Below, piece by piece: positions 10,776 to 19,693 of a stretch of DNA of 55,050 nt (the stretch's first letter is position 1; each line of letters starts with the position of its first letter). A model generated the notes under the pieces. That model was not told the DNA's origin, ran no database searches, and saw only the letters and a list, made by a program, of their open reading frames with translations. Both the position numbers and the translations under genes were made by a program. The stretch comes from an uncultured bacterium (GTDB taxonomy: Bacteria; DYJV01), in the NCBI GenBank assembly GCA_964543655.1, contig CAZIZE010000102.1, positions 1 to 55,050 of the forward strand, given 5' to 3'.

Positions 10776-12310
10776 ATTCTATTTTTCCTGTCAAGTGTTC
10801 TGTATTGAATTGCTTCAAGAATATGTTTATCTTGAATCTGCTCTGAATTGTCAAGGTCAGCAATTGTCCTTGCAACTTTTACTATTCTTGAATATGCTCT
10901 TGCTGAAAAGCCCATTTTTTCAATAGCCATTTTAAGCAAACCCAAACATTTAGAATCAAGATAACAATATTTTTTTAATTCTTTTTCACCCATCTGAGCA
11001 TTGCAGAAAAAGCTTTCATTTTTAAATCTATTAATTTGAATATTCCTCGCTTCAATAACTCTTTCTCTAATGGTTTTTGAATTTTCAGAATAAGAGGAGC
11101 TCACAAGATCACTATGTTTCACTGCTGGTACTTCAATTTGAATGTCTATTCTATCCATAAGAGGACCAGATATTCTTGATTGATATTTTTTTATTTCATT
11201 AGGTGTGCAGGTGCATTCTCTATCAGGGCTACCATAATAGCCACATTTGCAAGGATTCATAGCTGCAACAAGCATGAATTTTGCAGGAAATGTTAGGGTT
11301 GTTGATGCTCTTGAAATAGTAACTTTACCATCTTCAAGTGGTTGTCTTAAAACTTCAAGTACAGATTTTTTAAATTCAGGGAGTTCATCTAAAAAAAGGA
11401 CACCATTTGTTGCAAGAGAAACTTCTCCAGGTCGAGGATAACTACCACCACCAATTAATGCAATGTCTGAAATAGTGTGGTGTGGGGTGCGGAAAGGCCT
11501 TGTTGTAATGAGAAAATTTTTGCTGTGCAATAATCCAACAACAGAGTGAATTTTTGATGTTTCAAGAGCTTCATCAAAGGTCATAGGTGGTAGTATTGAT
11601 GGCAACCTTTTGGCAAGCATTGTTTTCCCGGCACCAGGAGGACCTACCATTATAAGGTTATGCCCTCCAGCAGCAGCTACCTCAAGAGCTCTTTTAATGT
11701 GAAACTGACCTTTAACTTCATTAAAGTCCGGAAGATTTTCCAAAGGATGATTTAAAATTTCTGTAACATCCATCTTGTATAAAAATTTCTCTTTTTCAAC
11801 TTCATTATTTAAAAAAGCTATAACCTCTTTTAAATGTTTAAATCCAAAAACATTAACTCTGTCAACAACAGCTGCTTCAAAACCATTGGATGCAGGGATT
11901 ATTATATTTTTACATGTCTCCTCTTTTATTTTTAATGTAATTGGCAGTACTCCCTTTATCTCCTTGATTTCTCCATCAAGAGACAATTCACCAAGCACAA
12001 AATAATCTGCAAGGGCTTCTCTTTTAATAATCCCCATATTTGCAAGTATGCCAAGAGCTATTGGCAGGTCATATGCAGAACCTTCTTTTTTAAGGTCTGC
12101 TGGAGCCATATTAACAACAATTTTCCCCTGTGGAAATTTGAAACCACAATTTTTTATTGATAATTTAACTCTCTCTTTGCTCTCCTTTACTGCATTATCT
12201 GGCAAACCCACTATGGTAAAGGTGGGAAATCCTTGAGATGTATCAACTTCAATTTCTAAAGATAAGCCTTCAATGCCAATAAGAGCTGCTGACTTAACTT
12301 TGGTAATCAA
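10772..12310 (-). CDS. comM: YifB/ComM family Mg-chelatase-like AAA ATPase
   Basis: IVGLPD, GELSLDG, GPPGAGKT, GEVSLA, FLDELPEF, NPCKCG. Confidence 0.93.
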   Translation of the reverse strand: MITKVKSAALIGIEGLSLEIEVDTSQGFPTFTIVGLPDNAVKESKERVKLSIKNCGFKFPQGKIVVNMAPADLKKEGSAYDLPIALGILANMGIIKREALADYFVLGELSLDGEIKEIKGVLPITLKIKEETCKNIIIPASNGFEAAVVDRVNVFGFKHLKEVIAFLNNEVEKEKFLYKMDVTEILNHPLENLPDFNEVKGQFHIKRALEVAAAGGHNLIMVGPPGAGKTMLAKRLPSILPPMTFDEALETSKIHSVVGLLHSKNFLITTRPFRTPHHTISDIALIGGGSYPRPGEVSLATNGVLFLDELPEFKKSVLEVLRQPLEDGKVTISRASTTLTFPAKFMLVAAMNPCKCGYYGSPDRECTCTPNEIKKYQSRISGPLMDRIDIQIEVPAVKHSDLVSSSYSENSKTIRERVIEARNIQINRFKNESFFCNAQMGEKELKKYCYLDSKCLGLLKMAIEKMGFSARAYSRIVKVARTIADLDNSEQIQDKHILEAIQYRTLDRKNRI

Positions 12311-12677
12311 TTCAATGTCCTTTTAATGCTGTTATGAAATTATTTTTCAACCTTGAGATAACCTGTTATAACTTATCAAAAAATTTAAAATGTTTCAAAT
12401 AAAATTTATTTTATATTTTGACAGAATAGATAGTTGGAGTTTTTTTTGTGAAAATTTTCTATTTAATATAAAAACAACCCTAAGAGAGGAGATTTTTCAG
12501 ACTAAAACTCTCACAATAAATGCTTTTGTGGTGAATAAGAAATTGTTGTTAAATTTTACATCTTGTTTTGTATAATATATAGTTCTCTATTAACTTTACC
12601 ATAGTTAAAATTAATTGAAAAATTTTTCTGTTTTTGTTAGCTGAATTACTTAAAATAAAATTTAGGAATGATAATGA

Positions 12678-13787
12678 ATGAATACCATTAAAAAAGGCAA
12701 ATATTATAAAGCTGATTTATTAGTTAGTATGAGTGGTAAAATATATAGAAATAAAATTTTTAAAATTTTTAATGGTAGATTAGAATTTGTTAATAAAACT
12801 AAAGATGAGGTTATTGAGCTTGAAAAATCTTTGGTTTATCCATCTCCTGTAAATGCTCATACCCACCTTGAGTTAACTGAGTTAAATAAAGAAGAACTTA
12901 ACTTTTCATCATTTGCAGAGTGGGTAGTTTCTATTATTAAACTTAAAAGAGAATGCTCAGAGAAATTTTTATTAAAATCTTATGAAAATGGGAAAAGATT
13001 ACTGAGCAAATATAATACATTGGTGTATGGCAATATATTATCACCATTTTTATATAATTTGATTCCAGAAAAAGAGAGAAATTTAAATTTTGTTGAAATA
13101 ATTGAATATAGAGAGGAAAACATAGGAAGTGTAAATATAAATTATCCAAAAATTTCACCACATTCTTTTTATAGTGTCCATCCTAAATTAATTTTGAAAA
13201 TTTTAAATATGGATATTCCTAAATCTATGCATTTTTTTGAATCAAAAGATGAGTATGAATATTTGATAAACAACAGGGGAGGCATTATAGAGAAAATTTA
13301 TAAATTTGTTGGACTTAAACCAATAAAATATAGCTTTGATTTTTTTGAATCTTTTTTAAAAAAAACAAGTAATATACAGTTAATACATTTAAGTAATCTT
13401 CCGGAAAAGTTAAAACCAATAATTCTGTATAGAAAAGATAAAATTTTTTACACTCTATGCCCAAGAAGCAATTCAAAATTTGGCTCAAAATCTCCCTACT
13501 ATTTTTTTGTAAAGAATAGCATTCCTTTTTCTCTTGGTACAGATAGCTTATGCTCAAATGATGATTTAAATGTGATTAATGAAGCTAAATATATTTATAA
13601 TGATTTAAAAGATTATTTCCCAAAAGAGGAATTATCCAAAATATTATTTTTTTCATTAACTAAATGGGGATACAGGGCAATTTTTAAGAAATTTCCAGAA
13701 TATACCTATATAACAAATATAGAAAGCAAAAATATAGAAACATTTTCTGATATTATGAAATTGCTTTTTGAAAATATTGACACATAA
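12678..13787 (+). CDS. amidohydrolase-superfamily deaminase (aminofutalosine deaminase-like)
   Basis: metal ligands NAHTHLE, PHSFYS, HFFES, CPRSN, GTDS. Confidence 0.75.
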   Translation: MNTIKKGKYYKADLLVSMSGKIYRNKIFKIFNGRLEFVNKTKDEVIELEKSLVYPSPVNAHTHLELTELNKEELNFSSFAEWVVSIIKLKRECSEKFLLKSYENGKRLLSKYNTLVYGNILSPFLYNLIPEKERNLNFVEIIEYREENIGSVNINYPKISPHSFYSVHPKLILKILNMDIPKSMHFFESKDEYEYLINNRGGIIEKIYKFVGLKPIKYSFDFFESFLKKTSNIQLIHLSNLPEKLKPIILYRKDKIFYTLCPRSNSKFGSKSPYYFFVKNSIPFSLGTDSLCSNDDLNVINEAKYIYNDLKDYFPKEELSKILFFSLTKWGYRAIFKKFPEYTYITNIESKNIETFSDIMKLLFENIDT

Positions 13788-13829
13788 AAAATAGATTTTA
13801 TATTTTTAAGAAAGAGGAGGTAATTAAGA

Positions 13830-15212
13830 ATGAAGAGAGTAATAGGTTTGTTCATGGTTTTATCTATTTTCTGGCTCTTTTCAGTTAATATTTTTGCAAA
13901 TTCAACAATTCCTATTTCAAATTCCACAACAGCAATGTATGGTTGTTCAGGTGATGATTCATCATGTTATTACACAGATGGAGTTGTTTTGGATAATTAC
14001 TTGTATGCATTTAAAGATCAATATGGAATTGATATTTTTTCAGTAAGTGGAGATAATTTGAATCTCTTAAATAAAAATATTTTAGATATTAAACCATTAG
14101 GTGCTTTTACAACCTATGAAAATTATATTATTACAGGGACAAATGGCCAAAATTTTATAGCAATAATAGATGTTTCAAACAGAGAAAATCCTGTTTTAAA
14201 AACAAAGATAATCCTCGAAAATAGGTACAATACAGTTTTATCTTTATCTGTATATGGTGGTTACCTTTACATCTATCAATACGGCTCTAATAAAATATAT
14301 TTTGCAAATTTTAATAATTTAATAAACTCAGGAGCTGAGGTAAATATTACAAATACAACCCTTTTCCACACTGTTGATAAAAAGGGACCATTTTTCCTTG
14401 TAAAAAATTTTCTTGTTGTGCCATATATTGCAGGAGCTTATAATTTTTATAACCTTGATGAGGATAATGAGTTAAATAAATCTTCATTTAGCTTTACACC
14501 AGAAATTGATGTATCAAAAATATACTCCCTCAGTAACAAACTTGTTGTTACAGGCATTTCTTACACAGCAGGTGGGGGAAAATGGACATATATTTACAAT
14601 TTTAATGGAGAAAATAATATAGAGTTGGTTAATAAATTTCATGATGAATTAAAATATGTTGAAAATGGCTATTTTTATTCTACTTCAAATAGCTCAGATT
14701 ATAAAAATGGCTATATTGACTTTTATAATGAAAATCTTGAAAAAGTTTTACAAATTGAATTTTCATATGATAGTTCATATCCCGGGATTTTAATGAATCT
14801 AATTAAACTTGATTCAAGTCATGTAATAGGTTTTTTTGGAACCAATGGTATAAGAATTTTAAAAATAGATGTTGGTGATATTTCTCCAATAGATTCTGAA
14901 AATAATTGCTCATACTTTGATGCAAATTTATACAAAGTGGTTGTGCCATGTCTGGAATTTGCGGGTAAATATTATAAATTTAACCTGAATCTATTTGCAA
15001 CAATGCCAGAAATTATACTTAATCTTGATACTAATTCAATTTCTGAAATTTATCCTGATTCCACAGAAGAGTGTGCAACATTTGATGCAGGTACATATAT
15101 TATGAGTTTTCCATGTTTAAAAGTTGGAGATAGCAACCTGTATATGGATTTATATTTGTTCAACCCTGAAGCATTGGAATTTAATATTAAAGATTATCAT
15201 CTGAATAATTAA
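13830..15212 (+). CDS. secreted beta-rich protein with an LVIVD-like repeat and a duplicated Cys-containing C-terminal domain
   Basis: signal peptide, IAIIDVSNRENP, two C-x2-FD-x8-PCL repeats. Confidence 0.7.
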   Translation: MKRVIGLFMVLSIFWLFSVNIFANSTIPISNSTTAMYGCSGDDSSCYYTDGVVLDNYLYAFKDQYGIDIFSVSGDNLNLLNKNILDIKPLGAFTTYENYIITGTNGQNFIAIIDVSNRENPVLKTKIILENRYNTVLSLSVYGGYLYIYQYGSNKIYFANFNNLINSGAEVNITNTTLFHTVDKKGPFFLVKNFLVVPYIAGAYNFYNLDEDNELNKSSFSFTPEIDVSKIYSLSNKLVVTGISYTAGGGKWTYIYNFNGENNIELVNKFHDELKYVENGYFYSTSNSSDYKNGYIDFYNENLEKVLQIEFSYDSSYPGILMNLIKLDSSHVIGFFGTNGIRILKIDVGDISPIDSENNCSYFDANLYKVVVPCLEFAGKYYKFNLNLFATMPEIILNLDTNSISEIYPDSTEECATFDAGTYIMSFPCLKVGDSNLYMDLYLFNPEALEFNIKDYHLNN

Positions 15213-15969
15213 TGAAATTAAGGGAGTTTTGATAAATAGTTTCCTCAATATCAGACTCTTTACTATTTCTCAAACAAGCTATTTTTTTAAGGGTTTCCCT
15301 TATATAAAATGGCTTGTTTTTTTCTCCTTTATATGCATGTGGTGTCATGTCTGGAGAGTCAGTTTCAATGACCATGGAGGTAAGTGGTAATTTTTGTGCA
15401 AGAATTATTGGCTTTTTTGCATTAGGATATGTGACACTTCCTGAAATGGAAATAAAGAACCCTAATTTTATAAAATTTTCAGCCATCTCTATACTACCTG
15501 AATAGGCGTGCATTATTCCGGGTATATTCTTATTCCAATATTTTTTTAAAATAGTATATACTTTATAAAATGCTCTTCTGCAATGTATAAGTATTGGGCA
15601 ACTCATGTCAACAGCAAGTTTAACCTGCTCTGTAAAGCATTTCACTTGACTCTCTCTATTAGGAGAATCATATTTAAAATCAAGTCCGATTTCTCCAATG
15701 GCAATGGCTTTTTTATTGTATTTTATAAAGCTTTCTATGCTAATTAGAGAATTTTTAGAAAATTCATCTGCATTTAAAGGATGGAGTCCATATGCAGAGT
15801 AGATGCATGAGAACTTTTTACTAATTGCTTCTATTTTTTGAAAATTTTTTTCTGAAATAGAAGGATTAATAATTTTAGTAATACCAGAATTTAGAGAGGT
15901 TTCTATTATCTCATCTCTTATCCCATCAAAACAATTATCATCTATGTGAGCATGGGTGTCAATTATCAT
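15187..15969 (-). CDS. tatD: TatD family hydrolase
   Basis: IDTHAH, GLHP, IGEIGLD, IHCR, HAYSG, ETDSP. Confidence 0.92.
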   Translation of the reverse strand: MIIDTHAHIDDNCFDGIRDEIIETSLNSGITKIINPSISEKNFQKIEAISKKFSCIYSAYGLHPLNADEFSKNSLISIESFIKYNKKAIAIGEIGLDFKYDSPNRESQVKCFTEQVKLAVDMSCPILIHCRRAFYKVYTILKKYWNKNIPGIMHAYSGSIEMAENFIKLGFFISISGSVTYPNAKKPIILAQKLPLTSMVIETDSPDMTPHAYKGEKNKPFYIRETLKKIACLRNSKESDIEETIYQNSLNFINYSDDNL

Positions 15970-16588
15970 AATTATAACATTTCCAGATTTTAGAGTTTTT
16001 TGATGGAGAGACTATTTTTTCAACATTATTGAAATATTTTTCAAGTAGCTCCTTTTCCTTTTTTAAAATAGTAAATGCTTTTTTAAAACCCATTGATAAC
16101 ATTCTTACATAAAATAGTAATCTAATAAGAAACTTTTCAGGAACTTCATGCTCCATCATAAAAAATGAACCATTTTTTTTCAGTAATTTTACTATTAAAT
16201 TTAAGGTTGTATCAACTTTATCACCTTTAAGCTCATAAAAAGCAAAAGTGCAGGTGATTCGGTCAAATGTCTGCTCTTTAAATGGAAGCATAGAGACATC
16301 ACCAACAATAAAATTAACATCAGGATATTTATCTTTTGCCTTTTGAATCATTCCAGGTGAAAAGTCAAGACCAATAACAATACCGTTGTTTTTTAAAATA
16401 TTATAAATAGCTCCTGTTGTAGCTCCTGTACCACAGCAAATATCAAGAACAGTATCTTTATTACTTAAGTTAAGCTGTTCTACAAAGAATTTTCTTAATT
16501 GCTCCTGTTTATCACCAGAATGTAATTTGATAAAATTGTCATAAAATTTTGAAAATAGATTATAATATTTCTGACGAAATGTCCCCAT
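15959..16588 (-). CDS. class I SAM-dependent methyltransferase (UbiE/MenG-like fold)
   Basis: VLDICCGTG, GLDFSPGM, GDVSMLPF. Confidence 0.85.
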   Translation of the reverse strand: MGTFRQKYYNLFSKFYDNFIKLHSGDKQEQLRKFFVEQLNLSNKDTVLDICCGTGATTGAIYNILKNNGIVIGLDFSPGMIQKAKDKYPDVNFIVGDVSMLPFKEQTFDRITCTFAFYELKGDKVDTTLNLIVKLLKKNGSFFMMEHEVPEKFLIRLLFYVRMLSMGFKKAFTILKKEKELLEKYFNNVEKIVSPSKNSKIWKCYNYDN

Positions 16589-16589
16589 T

Positions 16590-17501
16590 TTAGCAGAATG
16601 CTAATTGAAGTTGCTCAAATGGATTAAACTTCTCTAATAAGGTATCATCAAGTTCTATTAATTCCCAGCACTCTTTATGTTGTAACAATTTTTTGCAAAG
16701 TCTATTGTTTAATGCATGACCAGCTTTAATTCCCCTGTAATGGCCTATAATTGGGTAACCAATAAGGTAGAGGTCTCCAAGGGCATCTAAAATTTTGTGC
16801 CTAACAAATTCATCTTTATATCTTAAACCTTCTTTATTCAATACTTTATCTTTATCTATTACAACTGCATTTTCAAGTGTACCGCCAAGTGCCAGGTTGT
16901 TGGCTCTTAACATTTCAACTTCATGCAGAAAACCAAAAGTTCTTGCTTTGCTAATATGCTCCAAATATGATTCTTTGCTAAAATTTATTGAAAAGAATTG
17001 CTTATTAATTAACTGGTGGTTGTAATCAAGGTAAAAGGATATTATAAAATCATTTGCAGGCTCTAAAACAGCAGACTTATCTTCACAAGATACTTTAATA
17101 AGTTTTTTTATTTTTAAATATTTTTTCTTTTTATTTAATGTGCAGATACCTGCTTCTTTGAGTATATATAAAAAAGGAGCTGAACTGCCATCCATAATGG
17201 GCATTTCTTCTCCACTAACAAAAACAAACAGATTATCAATGCCTGCTGCTGCAACAGCAGATAAAAAATGCTCAACAGTTTTAATAAGAATGCCATCTCT
17301 GCCTAATGTGGTGCATAAAGTGGTATCAACCACATTTGAAACAGTAGCTTCTATTTGAAAATTATTAAGATCTTCTCTAATAAAAATGATTCCTGTATCA
17401 GCAGGAGCAGGTGCTATTCTTACTGTGACTTTTTTGCCACTATGCAGACCAATACCTGTAAACTTTTCTACACGGTTAATAGTATTCTGGTATTTATACA
17501 T
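16590..17501 (-). CDS. lpxC: UDP-3-O-acyl-N-acetylglucosamine deacetylase
   Basis: GIGLHSG, TVEH, PIMDGS, ARTFGF, HKILDALGDL. Confidence 0.97.
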   Translation of the reverse strand: MYKYQNTINRVEKFTGIGLHSGKKVTVRIAPAPADTGIIFIREDLNNFQIEATVSNVVDTTLCTTLGRDGILIKTVEHFLSAVAAAGIDNLFVFVSGEEMPIMDGSSAPFLYILKEAGICTLNKKKKYLKIKKLIKVSCEDKSAVLEPANDFIISFYLDYNHQLINKQFFSINFSKESYLEHISKARTFGFLHEVEMLRANNLALGGTLENAVVIDKDKVLNKEGLRYKDEFVRHKILDALGDLYLIGYPIIGHYRGIKAGHALNNRLCKKLLQHKECWELIELDDTLLEKFNPFEQLQLAFC

Positions 17502-17553
17502 ATGTAATATCCTTTGATTTTTTGTTATAGCTTATTTATTGTTAACAATTAAA

Positions 17554-17570
17554 AGCAATAGTATTGCCAA
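17554..17570 (-). promoter_or_regulatory. sigma54 (-24/-12) promoter upstream of lpxC
   Basis: TTGGCAATACTATTGCT on the minus strand with exact GG-N10-GC spacing. Confidence 0.75.
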
Positions 17571-17644
17571 AAATAGTATATTTTTTCTTGATTTAATTTC
17601 CACTATATTTTACTTTATTACTGACAAATCTTCAGGAGGGATTT

Positions 17645-17995
17645 ATGACATTTGAGAATTTTGTTAAAAATTTCAAAAAAATGCTTGATTACAATAAGGT
17701 AGGGATGGTTCTTTTTCATAATGGTATTGTTAGAGGTACTTCAAGGAATGGCAATAAAGTAAATAAGATTAAAGTAAAGGTTAATTTTAACAAGATAGAC
17801 AATATTATAAAAGAATTTTCAAATAAAAAAGGGATTTTCAAAGTAGATGTTTTTGCATTTCAGGGAGAGTTTCAGGCTGGGGATAATCTCCTCTTTGTCG
17901 CTGTTGCAGGTGATTATAGAGAAAATGTTTTTCCAGTTCTTGAGCAACTTGTAAATAGAATTAAAATAGAAGCTGTTGAAAAAATAGAATTTTAA
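17645..17995 (+). CDS. moaE: MoaE-like molybdopterin synthase large subunit (short form)
   Basis: VGMVLFHNGIVRGTSR, VAVAGDYRENVF. Confidence 0.75.
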   Translation: MTFENFVKNFKKMLDYNKVGMVLFHNGIVRGTSRNGNKVNKIKVKVNFNKIDNIIKEFSNKKGIFKVDVFAFQGEFQAGDNLLFVAVAGDYRENVFPVLEQLVNRIKIEAVEKIEF

Positions 17996-18004
17996 GAGGT
18001 TGAA

Positions 18005-19558
18005 ATGAATAAAATAGAAAAATTAAGAGAGTTAAAGCAAAGGGCAAAATTAGGTGGTGGCATAGAAAAAATAGAAAGAGAACATAATAAAGGGAAATTA
18101 ACAGCTCGTGAAAGGATAGAGTTACTTTTTGATAGTGGCTCGTTTCAGGAATTTAATATGCTTGTTAAACATAAGCTCAATGCACCAGGTGATGGTATTA
18201 TTATTGGGCATGGACTTGTAAATGGCAGGCGAGTTTGTGCTTTTGCACATGATACAACAGTTTTTGGAGGCTCTCAGGGTTATTTTCATGGGAAAAAGCT
18301 TTATAAAATTTATGAATTTGCCTATGAAAATAGAGTGCCTATTATAGGTCTTAATGATTCGCCAGGTGCAAGGGTTTTAAGACCGGAAATAGCTGGTAGT
18401 GATGATCCTTACAGGGTTAGTGATGAGAAACATGCAGGTGTGGTATTTTTTATGAATGCAAAATGTTCAGGTGTGATTCCTCAAATTTCCGCAATACTCG
18501 GGAATTGCACAGGTGGTTCTGTTTATTCCCCGGCTTTAACTGATTTTATATTTATGGTTGAAGATATATCGAGGATGTTTATTACAGGTCCAAGGGTTAT
18601 TGAATCTGTTACAGGAGAAAAGGTTAGTATGGATGAACTTGGAGGTGTTGATATTCATTGCAAAAGAACAGGGATTGCAGATAAAAGGTGCAAAAATGAA
18701 AAAGAATGTTTTTCTCTTATTAAAAATTTACTTTCATACCTTCCATCAAATTTTGAAGAATCTCCAGTTAGAATAGATTCAGATGATTCTTCTGAAAGAT
18801 TGTGTAATATCATTGAATCTATTGTTCCTGAAAATCCTCATAAAATATATAATATGAAACAGGTAATTGAAGAAATTGTTGATAATAAAGAGTTTTTTGA
18901 AATTAAAGAAGAGTTTGCCAGAGAGATTATTACTGGATTTGCAAGGATTAATGGCCATGTTTTTGGTATTGTTGCAAACCAGCCTCTTGAAAAAGCAGGA
19001 TGCATGACTGTTGACAGCTCTTGGAAACAAGCTCGGTTCATTAGGTTTTGTGATGCTTTTAATATTCCATTACTCCTTCTTGTTGATACACCAGGTTATC
19101 TACCAGGTAAAAATCAAGAATATGAAGGGATAATCAGGCATGGTGCCAAAACTTTATATGCTCTTTCAGAAGCAACTGTGCCTAAAATAGCTGTTGTTTT
19201 TAGAAAAGTTTATGGAGGAGCTGCCCTTGGAATGGGAATTTTACCAGGCTTTGGCACTGATATAGTTTTTGCATTGCCATATGCTGAAATTGGAGCTATG
19301 GGAGCAGAGCAGGCAGTTAATCTTTTTTACAGAGATGAAATAATACAACAGGAAAATAGAACTGAATTTATAAAAGAAAAAGTAAAAGAGTATAGAGAGC
19401 ATTATGCTGATACTTTTTCACTTGCATCTGAAGTTACTTATATTCATGATATTATTGAGCCAAATGAAGTAAGAAAAGAGATAATTAGAGCGTATAGTTT
19501 ACTAAAAAGTAAAAAAAAGAAGAAGCTATTTAAATTTCATGGAAATATTCCTCTTTAA
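18005..19558 (+). CDS. acyl-CoA carboxylase/decarboxylase carboxyltransferase subunit
   Basis: GKLTARERI, DSPGAR, YSPALTDF, MFITGP, VDTPGYLPG, GIIRHGAK, HGNIPL. Confidence 0.92.
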   Translation: MNKIEKLRELKQRAKLGGGIEKIEREHNKGKLTARERIELLFDSGSFQEFNMLVKHKLNAPGDGIIIGHGLVNGRRVCAFAHDTTVFGGSQGYFHGKKLYKIYEFAYENRVPIIGLNDSPGARVLRPEIAGSDDPYRVSDEKHAGVVFFMNAKCSGVIPQISAILGNCTGGSVYSPALTDFIFMVEDISRMFITGPRVIESVTGEKVSMDELGGVDIHCKRTGIADKRCKNEKECFSLIKNLLSYLPSNFEESPVRIDSDDSSERLCNIIESIVPENPHKIYNMKQVIEEIVDNKEFFEIKEEFAREIITGFARINGHVFGIVANQPLEKAGCMTVDSSWKQARFIRFCDAFNIPLLLLVDTPGYLPGKNQEYEGIIRHGAKTLYALSEATVPKIAVVFRKVYGGAALGMGILPGFGTDIVFALPYAEIGAMGAEQAVNLFYRDEIIQQENRTEFIKEKVKEYREHYADTFSLASEVTYIHDIIEPNEVRKEIIRAYSLLKSKKKKKLFKFHGNIPL

Positions 19559-19693
19559 AATTACACTTATCCTATTGAAATGAGATTATATATTGAAATA
19601 TCAGTTTGAATAAAACTTGTTTTGACTTGATTTTGTTTTGTGGAAAGTTTATTTATAAAATGTAAAAAAATTTTTTAAAAACCTGAGGTTATT

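Noticed and set aside
12390-12575. 61-aa ORF in the comM-amidohydrolase spacer
   Set aside because: No SD and composition typical of AT-rich non-coding DNA; no DnaA boxes or RNA motif recognised in this spacer either.
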